From assembly GCA_964016885.1 (NCBI GenBank), contig OZ024747.1:52514001-52578000 (forward strand): DNA of 64,000 nucleotides, written 5' to 3'. The first letter of the stretch is position 1; each line of letters starts with the position of its first letter. Below the pieces are notes generated by a model that was given only the letters and a program-made list of their open reading frames with translations, did not search any database and was not told where the DNA came from. Positions 52,801 to 63,110 of this stretch are shown piece by piece. The position numbers and the translations under genes are program-made. This stretch comes from Eledone cirrhosa. Lineage: Eukaryota.

Positions 52801-54400
52801 GAGTAAAACAGAGAGAACCAGTACATAGGACAGTGTTGGTGTAGAGTAAAACAGAGAGAACCAGTACATAGGACAGAGTAGGTGTAGTGTAAAACAGAGA
52901 ACAGAGAGAACCAGTACGTAGCACAGTGTTGGTGTAGAGTAAAACAGAGAGAACCAGTACGTAGCACAGAGTCGGTGTAGAGTAAAACAGAGAGAACCAG
53001 TACGTAGCACAGACTCGGTGTAGAGTAAAACAGAGAGAACCAGTACGTAGCACAGAGTCGGTGTAGAGTAAAACAGAGAGAGCCAGTACATAGAACAGAG
53101 TCGGTGTAGAGTAAAACAGAGAGAACCAGTACATAGGACAGAGTCACTGTAGAGTAAAACAGAGAGAACTAGTACATAGGACAGAGTCAGAGTAGAGTAA
53201 AACAGAGAGAACCAGTACATAGGACAGAGTCGGTGTAGAGTAAAACAGAGAGAACCAGTACATAGGACAGAGTTGATGTAGGGTAAAACAGAGAGAACTA
53301 GTACATAGGACAGAGTTGGTGTAGTGTAAAACAGAGAGAACCAGTACATAGGACAGAGTCGGTGTAGAGTAAAACATAGAGAACCAGTACATAGGACAGA
53401 GTTGATGTAGGGTAAAACAGAGAGAACCAGTACATAGGACAGAGTAGGTGTAGAGTAAAACAGAGAGAACCAGTACATAGGACAGTGTTGGTGTAGAGTA
53501 AAACAGAGAGAACCAGTACGTAGCACAGAGTCGGTGTAGAGTAAAACAGAGAGAACCAGTACGTAGCACAGAGTCGGTGTAGAGTAAAACAGAGAGAACC
53601 AGTACATAGGACAGTGTTGGTGTAGAGTAAAACAGAGAGAACCAGTACATAGGACAGTGTTGGTGTAGAGTAAAACAGAGAGAACCAGTACATAGGACAG
53701 AGTAGGTGTAGTGTAAAATAGAGAACAGAGAGAACCAGTACATAGGACAGTGTTGGTGTAGAGTAAAACAGAGAGAACCAGTACGTAGCACAGAGTCGCT
53801 GTAGAGTAAAACAGAGAGAACCAGTACATAGGACAGTGTTGGTGTAGAGTAAAACAGAGAGAACCAGTACATAGGACAGTGTTGGTGTAGAGTAAAACAG
53901 AGAGAACCAGTACATAGGACAGAGTAGGTGTAGTGTAAAACAGAGAGAACCAGTACATATGACAGAGTAGGTGTAGAGTAAAACAGAGAGAACCAGTATA
54001 TAGGACAGAGTCGGTGTAGAGTAAAACAGAGAGAACCAGTACGTAGCACAGAGTCGCTGTAGAGTAAAACAGAGAGAACCAGTACGTAGCACAGAGTCGG
54101 TGTAGAGTAAAACAGAGAGAACCAGTACATAGGACAGTGTTGGTGTAGAGTAAAACAGAGAGGACCAGTACATAGGACAGTGTTGGTGTAGAGTAAAACA
54201 GAGAGAACCAGTACGTAGCACAGAGTCGCTGTAGAGTAAAACAGAGAGAACCAGTACATAGGACAGTGTTGGTGTAGAGTAAAACAGAGAGAACCAGTAC
54301 ATAGAACAGAGTCGGTGTAGAGTAAGACAGAGAGAACCAGTACATAGGACAGTGTTGGTGTAGAGTAAAACAGAGAGAACCAGTACGTAGCACAGTGTTG
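43812..54400. repeat. 4625-bp (107-monomer) higher-order tandem repeat, ~2.3 copies
   Basis: ORF-track coordinates repeat at exactly +4625: 43894/48519/53144, 45886/50511, 46617/51242 and 47523/52148. Shared variants include caaagagaac (45121/49746) and aagcagtac (~46296/50921). 4625 = 1992 + 1637 + 996 = 107x43 + 4x7 - 2x2. Confidence 0.9.
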
Positions 54401-57400
54401 GTGTAGAGTAAAACAGAGAGAACCAGTACATAGGACAGTGTTGGTGTAGAGTAAAACAGAGAGAACCAGTACATAGGACAGAGTCACTGTAGAGTAAAAC
54501 AGAGAGAACCAGTACGTAGCACAGTTGTGGTGTAGAGTAAAACAGAGAGAACCAGTACGTAGCACAGAGTCGCTGTAGAGTAAAACAGAGAGAACCAGTA
54601 CATAGAACAGAGTCGGTGTAGAGTAAAACAGAGAGAACCAGTACATAGGACAGAGTCACTGTAGAGTAAAACAGAGAACTAGTACATAGGACAGAGTCAG
54701 AGTAGAGTAAAACAGAGAGAACCAGTACATAGGACAGAGTTGGTGTACTGTAAAACAGAGAGAACCAGTACATAGGACAGAGTCGGTGTAGAGTAAAACA
54801 TAGAGAACACGTACATAGGACAGAGTTGATGTAGGGTAAAACAGAGAGAACCAGTACATAGGACAGAGTCGGTGTAGAGTAAAACAGAGAGAACCAGTAC
54901 ATAGGACATTGTTGGTGTAGAGTAAAACAGAGAGAACCAGTACATAGGACAGAGTCACTGTAGAGTAAAACAGAGAGAACCAGTACGTAGCACAGTTGTG
55001 GTGTAGAGTAAAACAGAGAGAACCAGTACGTAGCACAGAGTCGGTGTAGAGTAAAACAGAGAGAACCAGTATGTAGCACAGAGTCGGTGTAGAGTAAAAC
55101 AGAGAGAACCAGTACGTAGCACAGAGTCGGTGTAGAGTAAAACAGAGAGAACCAGTACATAGGACAGTGTTGGTGTAGAGTTAAACAGAGAGAACCAGTA
55201 CATAGGACAGTGTTGGTGTAGAGTAAAACAGAGAGAACCAGTACGTAGCACAGAGTCGATGTAGAGTAAAACAGAGAGAACCAGTACATAGGACAGTGTT
55301 GGTGTAGAGTAAAACAGAGAGAACCAGTACATAGGACAGAGTCACTGTAGAGTAAAACAGAGAGAACCAGTACGTAGCACAGTTGTGGTGTAGAGTAAAA
55401 CAGAGAGAACCAGTACGTAGCACAGAGTCGCTGTAGAGTAAAACAGAGAGAACCAGTACATAGAACAGAGTCGGTGTAGAGTAAAACAGAGAGAACCAGT
55501 ACATAGGACAGAGTCACTGTAGAGTAAAACAGAGAACTAGTACATAGGACAGAGTCAGAGTAGAGTAAAACAGAGAGAACCAGTACATAGGACAGAGTCG
55601 GTGTAGAGTAAAACAGAGAGAACCAGTACATAGGACAGAGTTGATGTAGGGTAAAACAGAGAGAACCAGTACATAGGACAGAGTTGGTGTACTGTAAAAC
55701 AGAGAGAACCAGTACATAGGACAGAGTCGGTGTAGAGTAAAACATAGAGAACACGTACATAGGACAGAGTTGATGTAGGGTAAAACAGAGAGAACCAGTA
55801 CATAGGACAGAGTTGGTGTAGAGTAAAACAGAGAGGACCAGTACACAGGACAGAGTTGGTGTAGAGTAAAACAGAGAGAACCAGTACATATGACAGAGTA
55901 GGTGTAGAGTAAAACAGAGAGAACCAGTACATAGGACAGAGTCGGTGTAGAGTAAAACAGAGAGAACCAGTACATAGGAGAGTGTTGGTGTAGAGTAAAA
56001 CAGAGAGAACCAGTACATAGGACAGTGTTGGTGTAGAGTAAAACAGAGAGAACCAGTACATAGGACAGAGTAGGTGTAGTGTAAAACAGAGAACAGAGAG
56101 AACCAGTACGTAGCACAGTGTTGGTGTAGAGTAAAACAGAGAGAACCAGTACGTAGCACAGAGTCGGTGTAGAGTAAAACAGAGAGAACCAGTACGTAGC
56201 ACAGAGTCGGTGTAGAGTAAAACAGAGAGAACCAGTACATAGAACAGAGTCGGTGTAGAGTAAAACAGAGAGAACCAGTACATAGGACAGAGTCACTGTA
56301 GAGTAAAACAGAGAGAACTAGTACATAGGACAGAGTCAGAGTAGAGTAAAACAGAGAGAACCAGTACATAGGACAGAGTCGGTGTAGAGTAAAACAGAGA
56401 GAACCAGTACATAGGACAGAGTTGATGTAGGGTAAAACAGAGAGAACTAGTACATAGGACAGAGTTGGTGTAGTGTAAAACAGAGAGAACCAGTACATAG
56501 GACAGAGTCGGTGTAGAGTAAAACATAGAGAACCAGTACATAGGACAGAGTTGATGTAGGGTAAAACAGAGAGAACCAGTACATAGGACAGAGTTGGTGT
56601 AGAGTAAAACAGAGAGAACCAGTACATAGGACAGTGTTGGTGTAGAGTAAAACAGAGAGAACCAGTACGTAGCACAGAGTCGGTGTAGAGTAAAACAGAG
56701 AGAAGCAGTACATAGGACAGTGTTGGTGTAGAATAAAACAGAGAGAACCAGTACGTAGCACAGAGTCGATGTAGAGTAAAACAGAGAGAACCAGTACATA
56801 GGACAGTGTTGGTGTAGAGTAAAACAGAGAGAACCAGTACATAGGACAGAGTCACTGTAGAGTAAAACAGAGAGAACCAGTACGTAGCACAGTTGTGGTG
56901 TAGAGTAAAACAGAGAGAACCAGTACGTAGCACAGAGTCGCTGTAGAGTAAAACAGAGAGAACCAGTACATAGAACAGAGTCGGTGTAGAGTAAAACAGA
57001 GAGAACCAGTACATAGGACAGAGTCACTGTAGAGTAAAACAGAGAACTAGTACATAGGACAGAGTCAGAGTAGAGTAAAACAGAGAGAACCAGTACATAG
57101 GACAGAGTCGGTGTAGAGTAAAACAGAGAGAACCAGTACATAGGACAGAGTTGATGTAGGGTAAAACAGAGAGAACCAGTACATAGGACAGAGTTGGTGT
57201 ACTGTAAAACAGAGAGAACCAGTACATAGGACAGAGTCGGTGTAGAGTAAAACATAGAGAACACGTACATAGGACAGAGTTGATGTAGGGTAAAACAGAG
57301 AGAACCAGTACATAGGACAGAGTTGGTGTAGAGTAAAACAGAGAGAACCAGTACATAGGAGAGTCAGAGTAGAGTAAAACAGAGAGAACCAGTACATAGG

Positions 57401-59089
57401 ACAGAGTTGGTGTAGAGTAAAACAGAGAGAACCAGTACACAGGACAGAGTTGGTGTAGAGTAAAACAGAGAGAACCAGTACATATGACAGAGTAGGTGTA
57501 GAGTAAAACAGAGAGAACCAGTACATAGGACAGAGTCGGTGTAGAGTAAAACAGAGAGAACCAGTACATAGGAGAGTGTTGGTGTAGAGTAAAACAGAGA
57601 GAACCAGTACATAGGACAGTGTTGGTGTAGAGTAAAACAGAGAGAACCAGTACATAGGACAGAGTAGGTGTAGTGTAAAACAGAGAACAGAGAGAACCAG
57701 TACGTAGCACAGTGTTGGTGTGGAGTAAAACAGAGAGAACCAGTACGTAGCACAGAGTCGGTGTAGAGTAAAACAGAGAGAACCAGTACGTAGCACAGAC
57801 TCGGTGTAGAGTAAAACAGAGAGAACCAGTACGTAGCACAGAGTCGGTGTAGAGTAAAACAGAGAGAACCAGTACATAGAACAGAGTCGGTGTAGAGTAA
57901 AACAGAGAGAACCAGTACATAGGACAGAGTCACTGTAGAGTAAAACAGAGAGAACTAGTACATAGGACAGAGTCAGAGTAGAGTAAAACAGAGAGAACTA
58001 GTACATAGGACAGAGTTGGTGTAGTGTAAAACAGAGAGAACCAGTACATAGGACAGAGTCGGTGTAGAGTAAAACATAGAGAACCAGTACATAGGACAGA
58101 GTTGATGTAGGGTAAAACAGAGAGAACCAGTACATAGGACAGAGTTGGTGTAGAGTAAAACAGAGAGAACCAGTACATAGGACAGTGTTGGTGTAGAGTA
58201 AAACAGAGAGAACCAGTACGTAGCACAGAGTCGGTGTAGAGTAAAACAAAGAGAACCAGTACGTAGCACAGAGTCGGTGTAGAGTAAAACAGAGAGAACC
58301 AGTACATAGGACAGTGTTGGTGTAGAGTAAAACAGAGAGAACCAGTACATAGGACAGTGTTGGTGTAGGGTAAAACAGAGAGAACCAGTACGTAGCACAG
58401 AGTCGGTGTAGAGTAAAACAGAGAGAACCAGTACGTAGCACAGAGTCGGTGTAGAGTAAAACAGAGAGAACCAGTACATAGGACAGTGTTGGTGTAGAGT
58501 AAAACAGAGAGAACCAGTACATAGGACAGTGTTGGTGTAGAGTAAAACAGAGAGAACCAGTACATAGGACAGAGTAGGTGTAGTGTAAAACAGAGAACAG
58601 AGAGAACCAGTACGTAGCACAGTGTTGGTGTAGAGTAAAACAGAGAGAACCAGTACGTAGCACAGAGTCGGTGTAGAGTAAAACAGAGAGAACCAGTACG
58701 TAGCACAGACTCGGTGTAGAGTAAAACAGAGAGAACCAGTACGTAGCACAGAGTCGGTGTAGAGTAAAACAGAGAGAGCCAGTACATAGAACAGAGTCGG
58801 TGTAGAGTAAAACAGAGAGAACCAGTACATAGGACAGAGTCACTGTAGAGTAAAACAGAGAGAACTAGTACATAGGACAGAGTCAGAGTAGAGTAAAACA
58901 GAGAGAACCAGTACATAGGACAGAGTCGGTGTAGAGTAAAACAGAGAGAACCAGTACATAGGACAGAGTTGATGTAGGGTAAAACAGAGAGAACTAGTAC
59001 ATAGGACAGAGTTGGTGTAGTGTAAAACAGAGAGAACCAGTACATAGGACAGAGTCGGTGTAGAGTAAAACATAGAGAACCAGTACATA

Positions 59090-62000
59090 GGACAGAGTTG
59101 ATGTAGGGTAAAACAGAGAGAACCAGTACATAGGACAGAGTAGGTGTAGAGTAAAACAGAGAGAACCAGTACATAGGACAGTGTTGGTGTAGAGTAAAAC
59201 AGAGAGAACCAGTACGTAGCACAGAGTCGGTGTAGAGTAAAACAGAGAGAACCAGTACATAGGACAGTGTTGGTGTAGAGTAAAACAGAGAGAACCAGTA
59301 CATAGGACAGTGTTGGTGTAGAGTAAAACAGAGAGAACCAGTACATAGGACAGAGTAGGTGTAGTGTAAAATAGAGAACAGAGAGAACCAGTACATAGGA
59401 CAGTGTTGGTGTAGAGTAAAACAGAGAGAACCAGTACGTAGCACAGAGTCGCTGTAGAGTAAAACAGAGAGAACCAGTACATAGGACAGTGTTGGTGTAG
59501 AGTAAAACAGAGAGAACCAGTACATAGGACAGTGTTGGTGTAGAGTAAAACAGAGAGAACCAGTACATAGGACAGAGTAGGTGTAGTGTAAAACAGAGAG
59601 AACCAGTACATATGACAGAGTAGGTGTAGAGTAAAACAGAGAGAACCAGTATATAGGACAGAGTCGGTGTAGAGTAAAACAGAGAGAACCAGTACGTAGC
59701 ACAGAGTCGCTGTAGAGTAAAACAGAGAGAACCAGTACGTAGCACAGAGTCGGTGTAGAGTAAAACAGAGAGAACCAGTACATAGGACAGTGTTGGTGTA
59801 GAGTAAAACAGAGAGGACCAGTACATAGGACAGTGTTGGTGTAGAGTAAAACAGAGAGAACCAGTACGTAGCACAGAGTCGCTGTAGAGTAAAACAGAGA
59901 GAACCAGTACATAGGACAGTGTTGGTGTAGAGTAAAACAGAGAGAACCAGTACATAGAACAGAGTCGGTGTAGAGTAAGACAGAGAGAACCAGTACATAG
60001 GACAGTGTTGGTGTAGAGTAAAACAGAGAGAACCAGTACGTAGCACAGTGTTGGTGTAGAGTAAAACAGAGAGAACCAGTACGTAGCACAGAGTCGGTGT
60101 AGAGTAAGACAGAGAGAACCAGTACATAGGACAGTGTTGGTGTAGAGTAAAACAGAGAGAACCAGTACGTAGCACAGAGTCGGTGTAGAGTAAAACAGAG
60201 AGAACCAGTACGTAGCACAGAGTCGGTGTAGAGTAAAACAGAGAGAACCAGTACATAGGACAGTGTTGGTGTAGAGTAAAACAGAGAGAACCAGTACATA
60301 GGACATTGTTGGTGTAGAGTAAAACAGAGAGAACCAGTACGTAGCACAGAGTCGGTGTAGAGTAAAACAGAGAGAACCAGTACATAGGAGAGTGTTGGTG
60401 TAGAGTAAAACAGAGAGAACCAGTACATAGGACAGTGTTGGTGTAGAGTAAAACAGAGAGAACCAGTACATAGGACAGAGTAGCTGTAGTGTAAAACAGA
60501 GAACAGAGAGAACCAGTACATAGGACAGTGTTGGTGTAGAGTAAAACAGAGAGAACCAGTACATAGGACAGAGTCGGTGTAGAGTAAAACAGAGAGAACC
60601 AGTACATAGGACATTGTTGGTGTAGAGTAAAACAGAGAGAACCAGTACGTAGCACAGTGTTGGTGTAGAGTAAAACAGAGAGAACCAGTACGTAGCACAG
60701 AGTCGGTGTAGAGTAAAACAGAGAGAACCAGTACGTAGCACAGAGTCGGTGTAGAGTAAAACAGAGAGAACAAGTACGTAGCACAGAGTCGGTGTAGAGT
60801 AAAACAGAGAGAACCAGTACATAGGACAGTGTTGGTGTAGAGTTAAACAGAGAGAACCAGTACATAGGACAGTGTTGGTGTAGAGTAAAACAGAGAGAAC
60901 CAGTACGTAGCACAGAGTCGATGTAGAGTAAAACAGAGAGAACCAGTACATAGGACAGTGTTGGTGTAGAGTAAAACAGAGAGAACCAGTACATAGGACA
61001 GAGTCACTGTAGAGTAAAACAGAGAGAACCAGTACGTAGCACAGTTGTGGTGTAGAGTAAAACAGAGAGAACCAGTAGGTAGCACAGAGTCGCTGTAGAG
61101 TAAAACAGAGAGAACCAGTACATAGAACAGAGTCGGTGTAGAGTAAAACAGAGAGAACCAGTACATAGGACAGAGTCACTGTAGAGTAAAACAGAGAACT
61201 AGTACATAGGACAGAGTCAGAGTAGAGTAAAACAGAGAGAACCAGTACATAGGACAGAGTCGGTGTAGAGTAAAACAGAGAGAACCAGTACATAGGACAG
61301 AGTTGATGTAGGGTAAAACAGAGAGAACCAGTACATAGGACAGAGTTGGTGTACTGTAAAACAGAGAGAACCAGTACATAGGACAGAGTCGGTGTAGAGT
61401 AAAACATAGAGAACACGTACATAGGACAGAGTTGATGTAGGGTAAAACAGAGAGAACCAGTACATAGGACAGAGTAGGTGTAGAGTAAAACAGAGAGAAC
61501 CAGTACATAGGACAGTGTTGGTGTAGAGTAAAACAGAGAGAACCAGTACGTAGCACAGAGTCGGTGTAGAGTAAAACAGAGAGAACCAGTACGTAGCACA
61601 GAGTCGGTGTAGAGTAAAACAGAGAGAACCAGTACATAGGACAGTGTTGGTGTAGAGTAAAACAGAGAGAACCAGTACATAGGACAGTGTTGGTGTAGAG
61701 TAAAACAGAGAGAACCAGTACATAGGACAGAGTAGGTGTAGTGTAAAATAGAGAACAGAGAGAACCAGTACATAGGACAGTGTTGGTGTAGAGTAAAACA
61801 GAGAGAACCAGTACGTAGCACAGAGTCGCTGTAGAGTAAAACAGAGAGAACCAGTACATAGGACAGTGTTGGTGTAGAGTAAAACAGAGAGAACCAGTAC
61901 ATAGGACAGTGTTGGTGTAGAGTAAAACAGAGAGAACCAGTACATAGGACAGAGTAGGTGTAGTGTAAAACAGAGAGAACCAGTACATATGACAGAGTAG

Positions 62001-63110
62001 GTGTAGAGTAAAACAGAGAGAACCAGTATATAGGACAGAGTCGGTGTAGAGTAAAACAGAGAGAACCAGTACGTAGCACAGAGTCGCTGTAGAGTAAAAC
62101 AGAGAGAACCAGTACGTAGCACAGAGTCGGTGTAGAGTAAAACAGAGAGAACCAGTACATAGGACAGTGTTGGTGTAGAGTAAAACAGAGAGGACCAGTA
62201 CATAGGACAGTGTTGGTGTAGAGTAAAACAGAGAGAACCAGTACGTAGCACAGAGTCGCTGTAGAGTAAAACAGAGAGAACCAGTACATAGGACAGTGTT
62301 GGTGTAGAGTAAAACAGAGAGAACCAGTACATAGAACAGAGTCGGTGTAGAGTAAGACAGAGAGAACCAGTACATAGGACAGTGTTGGTGTAGAGTAAAA
62401 CAGAGAGAACCAGTACGTAGCACAGTGTTGGTGTAGAGTAAAACAGAGAGAACCAGTACGTAGCACAGAGTCGGTGTAGAGTAAGACAGAGAGAACCAGT
62501 ACATAGGACAGTGTTGGTGTAGAGTAAAACAGAGAGAACCAGTACGTAGCACAGAGTCGGTGTAGAGTAAAACAGAGAGAACCAGTACGTAGCACAGAGT
62601 CGGTGTAGAGTAAAACAGAGAGAACCAGTACATAGGACAGTGTTGGTGTAGAGTAAAACAGAGAGAACCAGTACATAGGACATTGTTGGTGTAGAGTAAA
62701 ACAGAGAGAACCAGTACGTAGCACAGAGTCGGTGTAGAGTAAAACAGAGAGAACCAGTACATAGGAGAGTGTTGGTGTAGAGTAAAACAGAGAGAACCAG
62801 TACATAGGACAGTGTTGGTGTAGAGTAAAACAGAGAGAACCAGTACATAGGACAGAGTAGCTGTAGTGTAAAACAGAGAACAGAGAGAACCAGTACATAG
62901 GACAGTGTTGGTGTAGAGTAAAACAGAGAGAACCAGTACGTAGCACAGAGTCGGTGTAGAGTAAAACAGAGAGAACCAGTACATAGGACAGAGTCGGTGT
63001 AGAGTAAAACAGAGAGAACCAGTACATAGGACATTGTTGGTGTAGAGTAAAACAGAGAGAACCAGTACGTAGCACAGTGTTGGTGTAGAGTAAAACAGAG
63101 AGAACCAGTA
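59090..63110. repeat. ~1.6-kb block present twice (about 59090-60690 and 61425-63110), core offset 2377 bp
   Basis: aaatagagaacagag (T at 59372/61749) and gtagctgtagtgt (60481/62858) are 2377 apart, with the same intervening variant order. The flanks differ by single-monomer indels. Confidence 0.8.
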
